Shown here: piece by piece, positions 37,506-48,814 of the stretch
Layout: every line of letters starts with the position of its first letter
How positions within the stretch are numbered: the stretch's first letter is position 1
NCBI GenBank assembly: GCA_028534125.1
Contig: CM052816.1
Span: forward strand, 14,820,001-14,884,000
Length of the DNA stretch: 64,000 nt
Reading direction: 5' to 3'
DNA from: Lama glama
Taxonomy: Eukaryota
Translations under genes and position numbers: made by a program
Notes under the pieces: model-generated
The model's database searches: none
Seen by the model: only the letters and a program-made list of their open reading frames with translations
What the model was told of the DNA's origin: nothing

Positions 37506-38547
37506 AGTCAGTTCTCACTCTGCGTGGTAGTGCAGGACTGTAAAAATGACATGCAAGCTGAAACTGTAAAATGATCTTAATTATCAATGCAGGGAAGTAT
37601 GGTTGTTCCATGGCTTTTAAAATTTTTAAATAAAAACATTAAAAATTCTCTTTTAGGGAAGTAAAATAGTAAAACTAATATTTATTTAGTACATTGTAAT
37701 CTAAAACATTAGAGCCACTGAGAATTAAAGGGTTTTGTTTCTTAATGAAAAACTTATCAACAAGATTTAAGAGGGTTTTGCCTCTTCTTATCCTGTAACT
37801 TACAATATAGAGCAAGCATCTTTTCTATGCCTTGGCAAAATGTCATACACCTTTCTGTATTTGGATCAACATCCAACATTTTATGTATTCTTCGAGCTTT
37901 CAATGCCCTGAAGTATCTCTGAGACTTCCTGTAATGTGAAGTTTTTTGCTGGTGTCATTTTTTTCCGAGACATATTTATCCTTTTCATCACAACCACTCT
38001 CCTCACTCGTGTCATTAAGTTCCCCTTCACTAAGTTCCTTTGGCTGCATGGCTAGAGACTCTTGAAGGCAGCAGTGTCAACCTTTCCATGGTCAGCTATT
38101 TCTTCTGTAACTCCATCTATGGTCAATTTGAATTTCACTGACAGCCTTATCACTTTGGTTTCCTGGCTGCAGTTTCATGTTTGCTGGTCAATTCTCTCTA
38201 TACATTTTTGTAAAATGTCATGTGGGTTTATCGCTGGGAGGTAAGAAGCCAGTACGACTACATGCTCTGCTGTCTGCTCGTGAACTCAACAGCAGGTGCG
38301 TAGTAACCAATCACCAACAGACTGAAAGCAGCCACATGATTTGTCACCTGATCATGCTGCACACCTGTTATTGGCAAAGAAACTTGTGGACTGAAAGGCC
38401 AACAGCAAAATTTGTACTTTATGCAACTACTCACTTACTACACCATGGTTACTGCAGTTTGGACTGTTTTCAGGAGACTTGTATTATTTAAACTGTGGTA
38501 ACTGAAATTTGTATATATTCCAATTGTTCACAAGCCATGAATGGCTG
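37506..38547 (-). mobile_element. TcMar-Tigger family DNA transposon remnant
   Basis: Begins cagtcagttctcactctgcgtggtagtgcagg. The minus strand encodes MQPKELSEGELNDTSEESGCDEKDKYVSEKMTPAKNFTLQEVSEI, resembling a Tigger transposase acidic C-terminus. Confidence 0.7.
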
Positions 38548-38909
38548 CATAGTATGTTACTGCTTGTGAAGAAGAAAGAAGAAGATACAAATATGTGGGG
38601 GTTTTTTGTGTGGTTTTTTTTTTCCACAAAAAGATATACAAGGAGGATAACCAGAAACTAATGAAACAGATTATCTACAGTAAGGGTAAGAACAAGGCAG
38701 AAGAGATAGGGGAGGAGAGAATTTCCTGACTACACTTTAAAATACTTTTGACTTTCATTATGTGAATGTTTTACATATTTAAAAAATACTAATCAACACT
38801 AATCAATTTTAGAGTATGGAAAACCTCCAAAATTACATACAATAGAAATAAACTTCCCTTTATTTCAAATGGATAACATAACCATCCTATATGCAGCTTT
38901 CAACAAAGT

Positions 38910-39275
38910 ACCTTGACTGATTGAAGCCAGGTGTTTCAGTTTGAGCTGCCCTACGGGGGAAGTCCACATGGCAAATAACTGAGGTAAAACTCTAGCTAAC
39001 AGCCAGCAAGGAACCGAGGGCCTCACTCCAACAATCCATGAGGAACTGAATCTCACCAATAACTATGTGAAATAAGAAGTGGTTCCTCCCTCAGCTGAGC
39101 CTTCAGGTGAGATAAGCTAACGCCTTGGTTGCAGCCTTGTGAGAAATACTGAGGCACAGGCACCCAGCAAAGCCATACAGAGATTCCTGATCCACACATT
39201 TTTAAGATAGTAAATGTTTGTTATTTTAAGCCACTAAGTTTTGGGACAATTGGTTACACAGCAATGGCTAATATA
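38910..39275 (+). mobile_element. MLT1-type (ERVL-MaLR) LTR
   Basis: ccacatggcaaataactgagg...acagccagcaaggaac...gaggaactgaatctcaccaataac...taaatgtttgttattttaagccactaagttttggg...ttacacagcaat. Confidence 0.8.
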
Positions 39276-39299
39276 CTACAAAAAAAAAAGGGCCTAGTT

Positions 39300-39560
39300 T
39301 AGACTCACAGAAAACAAACTTACAGTTATCAAGAGAAAGGAGGGGAGAGGACAAATTAGGAACTGGGATTAGCAGGCACAAACTACTATATATAAAGTAG
39401 ACACACAACAAGGTCCTACTGTACAGCACAGGAAACTATATTTAATACCTTCTTATAACCTATAATGAAAAAGAATATATATATATAACTGAATCACTAT
39501 GCTGTACACCAGAAACTAACACAACATTGTAACTCAATTATGCTTTAATTAAAAAAGAAA
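39300..39560 (+). mobile_element. L1 3' UTR tail
   Basis: agactcacagaaaacaaacttac...gaatcactatgctgtacaccagaaactaacacaacattgtaa; same family as the tails at 9443, ~17300 and ~34760. Confidence 0.85.
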
Positions 39561-40535
39561 TTTAAGAAGTTCCTGGTTTAAATATAATCACTAGGAAGCA
39601 TAAAGCAAACCAAATTTAAGGGCATTCTACAAAATAAATGGCTTATAATCTTTTCAAAACGGCAGTGTTTTAAAAGACAAAGCAAGTCTGAGGAACTGTT
39701 TCAGATTAAAGTAAAGAGACGTGACAACTAAATGCAATGTAGGAGGCTGGACTTTAAAAAATTGCATTGAAGTACAGGTCAAGTTTACAGTAATAGACTA
39801 CAGATAATCATACTGTATCGGTGTTAAACTTTCTAATTTTCATTACTGAAATTCAGTTGTTAAAGAATGTCCATGCTTTTAGAAAATACACAATGAAGTG
39901 TTCAGGAATGAGACATGATATCTACAACATATTCTCAAATGGTTTGTAAAAAAATCATTTTTGTGTATATACATACATACATATACACACGTGGGCACAC
40001 ATACGAATGGTAGAGTTTAATGATAGGTGGGTAAAGGGTATATAGTTATTTGTACAATTCTTGCAACTCTTCTGTAAACTTGAAATCATTTCAAAATAGA
40101 AAGTTAAGAAAAACTTGCTGTCAAAATTACAAACCTATGTATTATTTGACCCAGCAATTCCACTTCTGAAAATTTATCCCACATATATACAGCATATGTG
40201 CAAAGTATTGTAAGTATAAGGTTATTCAATGCAGTTGTTTGTAATACTCAAAGATTGGAACCTAAGTATCAATTTACTAATCAGGAGACTGATAATAGCA
40301 CGATAAAACACAAAGCAGCTGTTAAAAAAAACCAGCTTTCTCATGTATTAACAGGAAAATATTTTTAAAGGATACACTGTGAAGAAAGCAAGATATAGAA
40401 CAGTGTATATAGCATGTTCTCTCTTTTGTAAGAAAAATGGGAAAATAAAAACATATATCCATACTTTGCCCATATTTGCATAAAGAAATGCTGAAAGGAT
40501 ACTTAAGAAACTAGTAAAAAGTTCACCGTTAGGGG

Positions 40536-42021
40536 TATTAGGCTGCATCCCACAGGCCTGCAAGCTTTGTACTTGCCCAGCCGTGAGACTGAACAAAGAG
40601 CCCAGAGACTGACAGAGACCGATGATTTGCTGCATAGGGAATCTTACCAGTCAGAAGCAAAAGGTCCCGGAGCAACACCTCACTGTGAAACGCAGGCAAC
40701 TAGCAGGGCTCTGCAATAAACCTCGCTACAAAGGGGAGGAGGCTAACATTTATAGGGGAAGTGACGTCAGGTTGGCTCATCAGTTACCAGGGAAACCAGC
40801 AGCTGGGGCAGGGGGCAAACACATGGGCAGCTACTAATTAAACCCTATGATCAGAGGCTTGGATAGTCAGGTAAGCAGGATGTAAGTGACGTAGGAACTG
40901 GTCGAGCAGAGGATGTAGACAGCAAAAGAATACCCATCATCAGTGGCCTGACCATACACTCCACCCCTACCTACCCAGATCGACCCTTACAATCCTGGTC
41001 CACCCCTCTTCCATGATATCCCTGGGGTCAGATACATAGAGGTGGGCTGCAACCAAATACCACAAAAGCAGTACTGAAAACAGCAGCTGAAGAGTATCAA
41101 GGGTAAATGAGTACGCTAAAAATAGTCATTTGCCAGGATGAGGGCAAATTTTGGAGCCAGGTGCTTACTGGGTAGATGGAGAGAGAATCTATGGCAGGTG
41201 ATGTGCTGGTCTAAAGCTTTCATAGCACAGGAAATATTGAGGAGTTAGTGACTGTATATACATAGCACTGGGTTTGAGAGCGCACAGGTCCCACCTTGTG
41301 CTGTTGTTAGCATATCCGGAGCCATCCTGTTTTGGAGGTCCCCTCCGACAGGAGGGTAACTGCATATCTAGTATTATTTAAGGCAGCAGTTGTATGTTTA
41401 GCCAGCGCTTCTTCTTGCCTTTCTATATCAATAGAGGCATTTCACTGCAGACCCAGCGATGAGATTCATTTCACAGTAAGGTCACTGCCGTCGCCCAGTC
41501 TGAGAACAGATTGCCTCTGCTCATGCAGAAGAAATGTAAGATGTTTAACAGGCACTATTCCGGAAAGATCAGGATCATTGATCAAAATACACGCAGTAAC
41601 AGCATTTTGAGATAATACCAAACCTGCCTGTGTTTTTTGTCTTGGCCTGTAGTTCACCCTCAGTGGTGAACACCCTCAGACCCCACAGCTGGTGCCGATT
41701 CTGAAGAGGCGATAGAACAACAGACCACAGAGTTAATATGATGGTGCCTTTCTTCAGCAGGAGTGATTAGTACCTTAATACTCTTAGGTGGGGCCAGGTA
41801 GAAGACAGGTGAAATCTGTAAGTCCCTTTCTAATCCTGTTCCCCACATGCCCCGTGGGGTACGCAAACCCAAACAACTGGGGACTGAAATGCCGGTCCAG
41901 GGGCCACTTTGTAATGTATTCCTCTGGGAGTAGATCCCGTGGCAAGAGTTATTGTCTTGACTGATAGTTGGCAATGGCCCTTCAGTGGTCAACAGTTGGA
42001 TGCAGATGGTTTAAATAATTG
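40536..42021 (-). mobile_element. Endogenous retrovirus remnant: deleted env-containing internal region, PPT and 3' LTR (~40536-40958); cut by the gap
   Basis: The minus strand encodes LQNRMAPDMLTTAQGGTCAL (env TM immunosuppressive domain, ~41277-41337), preceded by EALAKHTTAALNNTRYAV and NLFSDWATAV...WVCSEMP. PPT aggggtggag abuts TGTA at 40958; TATAAA at 40754-40749. Confidence 0.8.
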
Positions 42022-42521
42022 NNNNNNNNNNNNNNNNNNNNNNNNNNNNNNNNNNNNNNNNNNNNNNNNNNNNNNNNNNNNNNNNNNNNNNNNNNNNNNN
42101 NNNNNNNNNNNNNNNNNNNNNNNNNNNNNNNNNNNNNNNNNNNNNNNNNNNNNNNNNNNNNNNNNNNNNNNNNNNNNNNNNNNNNNNNNNNNNNNNNNNN
42201 NNNNNNNNNNNNNNNNNNNNNNNNNNNNNNNNNNNNNNNNNNNNNNNNNNNNNNNNNNNNNNNNNNNNNNNNNNNNNNNNNNNNNNNNNNNNNNNNNNNN
42301 NNNNNNNNNNNNNNNNNNNNNNNNNNNNNNNNNNNNNNNNNNNNNNNNNNNNNNNNNNNNNNNNNNNNNNNNNNNNNNNNNNNNNNNNNNNNNNNNNNNN
42401 NNNNNNNNNNNNNNNNNNNNNNNNNNNNNNNNNNNNNNNNNNNNNNNNNNNNNNNNNNNNNNNNNNNNNNNNNNNNNNNNNNNNNNNNNNNNNNNNNNNN
42501 NNNNNNNNNNNNNNNNNNNNN
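42022..42521. other. Assembly gap (500 N)
   Basis: Run of N. The left flank is ERV internal sequence and the right flank is mid-EC5 of PCDHGB2. Confidence 0.99.
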
Positions 42522-44116
42522 TGCTCGTGGTCGAAGGCGCGCTGCGCGAACAGCACGCCGCTCTGCGCGCTCACGGACACGTAGGACGACAGCGCGCGCG
42601 GCTCCAGGTCGCTGGCCACGATGGAGTAGGACACGTGGCCGTTGGGCCCCAGGTCGGGGTCAGAGGCGCTGACTTGGGCGATGGAGGCTCCAGGCGGGTT
42701 GTTTTCTGCCACGTGGACGAGGTAGGAGGTTTGGTGGAAAACTGGAGCATTGTCGTTTACATCTGCGATGTGCAGCGTGATGCTTTTAGTAGATGAGAGG
42801 GGCGGCCTACCTCTGTCGGTGGCCATTATAGTGACGTTGTATTCTGAAATCTCCTCTCGGTCTAGTGCCCTGTCTGTCACTAGCTTGTAATAGTTCTTCG
42901 AGTAAGATTTCAGCATAAACTCGGTCTTTCCCAATATTTGGCAGTAAACGTCTCCATTTTCTCCAGAATCTCTATCTCTCGTTTTTATCAAGGCGATCAC
43001 TGTTCCTGGTGGTGAATTCTCTGGTAGGGGAGTAAATATCGAAGTCACAACAACTTCAGGTGTACAATCGTTCTCATCGAGAATTTCGACTTGGACACTG
43101 CAATGGGCTGCTAGGTCTCCAGAATCTTTTGCTTCTATACCGAGAGTGTAACTATTAGCAATTTCAAAATCAAAATCATCCTTTGTCGTGATTTCTCCTG
43201 TTGTTTTATCTAAGTTAAAAAATTGTTCCACTTGTTCATCCACATTATGAAAGGAGTAGGTGATCTCAGCATTTCCGCCCTCATCCTGGTCAGTGGCTGT
43301 CACTTGAAGCACTGAAAAGCCCCGGGGGACGCCCTCCTGCAGGCTGACCCTGTACACATCCTGGGTGAACACTGGGGGATTATCGTTCGCATCTGTGACT
43401 TGGATTTGGATCTGAGTGGTGCCACTTTGGGGTGGGTCCCCACCGTCCACAGCTGTCAGGACCAGCTGATGAAAATTCTGCTCTTCTCTGTCCAGGGAAT
43501 GTTTTAAAATCAACTCGGGATATTTACGTCCATCTGGAGTCTGTTTCTCTGTGAGATCAAAGAACTCATTGTCATCAAGGTGATATCTTTGTAGTGAATT
43601 AGGACCAGCATCCGAATCCAGCGCCGGATCTAGCGGAAATGTTTTACCTGGCTTAGTAGATTCTACAATTTTTAAATTAATCTTACTCTGTTTGAATAGT
43701 GGAGTGTTGTCATTTATATCCTGCACTATTACTGCTACATGGAAAATACTTAGTGGGTTTTCAGCAACAGTATCAAAATCCAAAATGCACAGAAGCTTCT
43801 TCCCACAAATTTGCTCTCGGTCTATCCTCTCACTCACAAGTAAGTCACCACTCTCAGGATTTACAGTGAAATATTCCTTCTCCGTGCTAATCCTTAGCCT
43901 CCGAGCCGGCAAGTCCCTAATACTAAGCCCCAGATCCTTGGCGAGGTGTCCTACCACCGAATTCTTGGCCAACTCCTCGGGAATTGAATAGCGAATTTCC
44001 TCCGGGAGAGCCCCGCGGAACAAAGACAGTAGGAAGGGCAACAATACCTGAGGCCACAGTGCTGGGCTGTTCCTCTCCGCGCTTGGCTTCATCCTCTGTG
44101 CTTGGTCTCCCTTCAT
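42522..44116 (-). CDS. PCDHGB2: Protocadherin gamma B2, variable exon, partial (signal peptide to mid-EC5; 3' part lost in the gap)
   Basis: QVLLPFLLSLF...IRYSIPEELAKNSVVG...DINDNTPLFKQSKINLKI...PLDPALDSDAGPNSLQRYHL matches recalled GB2. In-frame ATGs at 44116 and 44092; the latter (MKPS) corresponds to the recalled human start. Syntenic after GA4. Confidence 0.92.
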
Positions 44117-44300
44117 TGCTGCTCTGCTCCTTGGCCGGGAGGAGAAATAAGCTGTCCGTGGATGGCAAAACCCGGGGTCAGATCACTTTTCCTGATTTTG
44201 TTTTCTGTATCCAAACCTGTACTGGCCTCTTCTGAGTGGCTTGTTTAAGCAGGAAGTTACCCTCCAATGTGCCTCTCATTATCTTCTCTCCCTTCTTTTG

Positions 44301-44340
44301 ACCTACAGCGACGCCCAGAGGTTTTTTCGGGAAACTGCAG
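44301..44340 (-). promoter_or_regulatory. GB2 promoter CSE (CTCF site)
   Basis: acctACAGCGacgcccagaggttttttcgggaaacTGCAg. Confidence 0.88.
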
Positions 44341-46133
44341 TAATGTCTTGTAAATGTTTTGCAAAGGACTATTTTTTCCTTCTTTTTTTGATTTACAAAG
44401 AGTATTTATTTGTTTTTAAGTAGGTATACATTTATACAGTTTCAAATTGAAAAGGTACATATTGTGTATTCTATAGGTTCTCCCTCTCTGCTTTCAACAA
44501 CACATTTCTCCCAGGAGAAATTAGTGTTACATTTACTGTGGGTATGTTTTGTATGGTTCAGCAGGTTTTTATAAATGTTCTCCCCCCAGTTTTACACACA
44601 AATGGAAGTATACAGTATACCATGTTCTGCATCTTGCTTTTTTCACTCATTATATCTTGAAGATAATTTTCTATCAGTACATAAAGAGATTTTCCACTTA
44701 TTTCTTATAGCTATGCAGCAGCCTGGTGTATAGTTGCATAATAATTTATTTAACCAGAAATATTATTTTTTAAAGAAACCCACTGCCTACTCTAACAAAA
44801 ATATATTTCCATGTGATATTCGGTTACAAATTATCTACTGCTGTCCTAGGAATTTAAAATAAATGTATCACTCTGATTTTGGAATGTATACCTAATGCCA
44901 GCATCCAAATATGTCCGTACAGTTTCAGGACAATTGATATTCCCAAATTATATTTTAGATAATCTCAGATATGATTTGTCTCTCAATATTCATTTATTAT
45001 TTCCTCTCACCTCTCCCATTGCCAGCTAGTTGTATCATACCACATTCTTGTCTCATTCTATATATTGCACCAAAATTTCTCATGAAGATAAAAGCATTTA
45101 CAAACTCAAACTCCTTAAGTTGAACTGAGGCATAGTCCACAATCTATTGCTATGGTTGCCAGATATCCAAAGGTCACCAACTTGCATAGTCCTAGACAGT
45201 CATAAATATTTTCCCCAAATCAGATCATCCCAGAGTCAAACAGTGACAGAGATACCTGAGAGCAATTTGAGGGAACAGGGATGAGACTTACTAAGTAGCA
45301 TAACTCATATTAGTTTGGAATCACAGTCACCCAACCTTTATTAGAGGCTCCCATGATGAAAAAGGAGAGATTTTTTAAAGTTATGTTTTCCTTAGAAATC
45401 TAAATGGGTCTTACAGTGGTCCCATCATAGGTAATTTAGAAATTATTAAAATTACTCCTGCAACCTACTAAATATAAATGAAAAAATGGGCAATATTTTT
45501 GGTAATCACAGAAGCACACCAAAGGGATCACACATAGTCACTGCTGGTGCATCTTACAAATTCCAACAACACAATATTTGAAATATACCAATCCAATTGA
45601 GATACTATCTCTGTTAAAGTAGTGTCTAAAAGTTAAACATATTCCCCAATATTTATAAATTGCTACTTGGTCATAATGGAAAATACTTGTTCCAAAGGAA
45701 AGAGAACTTCAGGTAAAGTAAATTAGGGTGTAAAAAGAATTTTAACATGCCCAATCCAGATCCAACAAAAACTTCATAATGGAGAATGTGTTAATATGAA
45801 TTTATACAATTGCCTCCTATTTCATAGTTCTAACTCTATTCTTTCAGTAATGCCTAAAGGAAATGGCTTTAAAGAAGATGGCTAGAAGTATAAAATTAAG
45901 ACATTGTTACTGAAACTATAACTGAATGACGATTACAAAGGATAAATAATAAATAAATTTTAGGTGTAGTAACGGTTATTGATCATTATTGATCATTATC
46001 GTCTGCCTCTCCACTTTAAAGCAACACAACACTAAAACTAGAAGTGCCTTTATTTGACTTATTATGTATCATATAATTGGAGACATTTATGCAGCTCTCT
46101 GCCTACGTTTCAGTGTGCCAAGTTTTGACTCAC

Positions 46134-48557
46134 CTGATGAAGACTGGGGTCTCCTTTTGTTTCAAGTAAATCTTGGGGTATCAGAAGAGGCTCACTTTTC
46201 TCACAGCTCTCCTGGCTGATGAGCGTGTCCGCATAGTTGGGCTGAGGGAAGATCACGTGACTCTTCCGCGAGTCCGCGGTGAGCGACACCTCGTGGGAAT
46301 AGGTCTGCAGGAAAGCCCGCACCCCGTCCACGCCCACAAACTGAGAACCCGGCATGCCGGCCAACCCCCTGCCCGAAGCCTGGAGCATACGTGACGAGTG
46401 CCAGCGACGCAGTCTGAGAGCTAGTAGAACGATGACAAAAGCGAGGAAGACGCAGGAGACTGCAGCCACCGCCACCACCAGGTAAAGCGTCAGGTCCAAG
46501 GTGTCAGGGTCCCCTGAGGGCTTGAGGCTGCCCAGATCAGTCAGTACATCAGGGATGCTGTCAGCCACGGCCACCGTGAGTGTGACAGTGGCAGAGAGAG
46601 GGGGCTGGCCGTGGTCTTGGACCGCCACCACCAGGCTCTGCTTGAGTGCATCTCTGTCCAGCAGGGCCCGCGCTGTGCGCACCTCGCCCGTGTGCAGCCC
46701 CACCGCGAAGAGCCCTGGCTCGCTGGCCTTGAGCAGGCGGTAGGAGAGCCAGGCGTTCTGGCCTGAGTCTCTGTCCACCGCCACCACCTTGGTTACCAGG
46801 TAGCCGGGCTCTGCGGAGCGGGGTGCCAGCTCCACACCGGTGGACCCGTCAGTGGGGAGGGCAGGGTAAAGAATCTCAGGTGTGTTGTCGTTCTGGTCCA
46901 TCACAAAGAGAGTCAGAGACACATTGCTGCTGAGTGGAGGGTTCCCACTGTCACTGGCTGTCACCAGTAGCTGCAGATCTCTAACCTGCTCATAGTCAAA
47001 GGAGCGCAGGGCATACAATACACCTGTATCAGAGTTGATGGAGACATAGGAGGAGAGAGGTGCCCCCTGCAGTGTGTCCTCAGCCAGAGAGTAGGTGACC
47101 CTTGAATTCTCATTACTGTCAGGATCGTGGGCAATCACAGAGAAGATGGAGGCTCCCGTGGGGTTGTTTTCCAGAATGTAGGCAGAGTAGGAAGCATGAG
47201 GGAAGACAGGCGGGTTGTCATTGATGTCTGTCACTTTCAGGGAGATATGTGTTTCTGTAGACAATGGTGGAGTTCCATGGTCAGTGGCAGTTATGGTGAT
47301 GTTATATTCTGAGACTTCTTCCCTATCCAGAGTTCTGTGTGTCAACAACCGATGATAATTTCCAAAGGTCTTTTCAAGTGTGAATGGCAGATTATCTGGA
47401 ATAGAACATGTGACAAGGCCATTCTCTCCTGAATCATTGTCAAGCACATTGAAAAGTGCAATTACCGTGCCTGGGGAAGAAGTTTCTTGGATAGAGCTGA
47501 TCAGAGATGTAACTGTGACTTCTGGAGCATTGTCATTTACATCCAGAATTGTCACCAGTACCTTACTTCTGGCTCGGAGACCAGGCCCATCGTGGGCTTC
47601 TATATCTATATCATAGAATCCAGAGTCCTCATAATCCAAATCCCCCAGTATTGTTATATCCCCAGTCAGAGAATTCAACTGGAACAGCTGGGATATTTTA
47701 TCTCTTACTTTCCGGAAAGAATATGTCACTTCTCCATTGGCTCCTTCATCTGGATCAGTGGCTTTTACGGTGAGTAGCCGGGAGCCCACCGGCACGTTCT
47801 CCCGCACACTCACGTGGTACTCGGGCTGAGTGAATACGGGAGCATTGTCGTTAGTATCCACAAGCGTTACTTGAATCCTGGCAGTGCCAGAGTGAGCCTG
47901 GTCGCCTCCGTCGAAGGCGGTGAGAACGAGGTGGTGAACAGCCTCTTTCTCGCGGTCCAGGGTGCGCTCCAACACCAGCTCAGGGTACTTAATTCCGTCT
48001 GCTCCGCTTTGCACATCCAAGGAGAAGTGAACATTCGAGCTGAGCTGGTAACCCTGCAGGGAGTTTGTCCCTATATCCGGGTCAAAAGCTTCAGGAAGAG
48101 GAAATCTTGTCCCAGGATTTTCGTTTTCAGTGACTTTTATTTCCCTTTGCTCTGACCCAAAGTTGGGCGCATTATCATTAACATCAATTATTTCCACTTC
48201 TACTCCAAAAATCTTCACTTTGTCCTCTAGGAGAATCTCCAGGTTTACTACACATTTTGGAGATCTGTCACAGAGCTCTTCCCGGTCTATTCTGCCCTCG
48301 GTGACCAAGCTACCGCTTCGCAGGTGCAGAGCAAAGAGCTGCGTCTTACCTCTGGAGACGATGCGGACTCCGCGCTCCGCCAGCTCCCGGGGTTGCAGCC
48401 CTAGGTCTTTGGCGATGTTGCCCACGAAGGAGCCTTTCTCCAGCTCCTCAAGAACCGAGTAGCGGATCTGTTCGGCCCGGGTTTCCCACAGGACCCCCAA
48501 GAGAACGCAGATCCCGATCAGCAGGCTGCAGTCTAGGCGATGAGGAGGAGCCGCCAT
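46134..48557 (-). CDS. PCDHGA4: Protocadherin gamma A4, variable exon (808 codons)
   Basis: ATG at 48557 (MAAPP...; the track start at 48653 is GTG). Diagnostic [46 protein letters not shown]. Donor CAG|GTGAGT at 46134. Confidence 0.94.
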
Positions 48558-48770
48558 TACAGCCCCGCGGCGGAATAGCTTGCGCTCGGGTGTTCCCTTG
48601 GTGGAGGCCTGAGGAGCTCCAGGATCTTCGGGGTCCAAGATAATGTCTTTCACCGTTGGATGTTGGAGTTCTCGGGGTCCAGTTTGAAGCTTTCTAAAGC
48701 CTCAGAGCCAGTGCTTTGTTATGCAGAAATTTTGTGGTTTGGATTAAATTCCTGATTCTTTTTTTCCCCG

Positions 48771-48814
48771 ATTGGTGAACAGCGACACTCAGAGTCCTAA
48801 CCTGTTATTGCAAC
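48771..48814 (-). promoter_or_regulatory. GA4 promoter CSE (CTCF site) with an adjacent CCAAT box
   Basis: attggtgaACAGCGacactcagagtcctaacctgttatTGCAac. Confidence 0.88.

Noticed and set aside
40959..41700. Possible domesticated env (syncytin-like) gene
   Set aside because: Stops, frameshifts, a large SU deletion and a broken CX6CC motif; no long ORF.
14300..42021. Search for a PCDHGB9P-like relic or constant exons
   Set aside because: No cadherin motifs or QAPPNTDWRFSQ-type constant-region sequence were recognisable by eye; a very decayed relic cannot be excluded without tBLASTn.
41939..42796. ORFs of 285 and 217 aa, and the apparent GB2 stop at 42011
   Set aside because: Artefacts of translating through the N run; GB2 cannot be called a pseudogene or a truncated gene from this.
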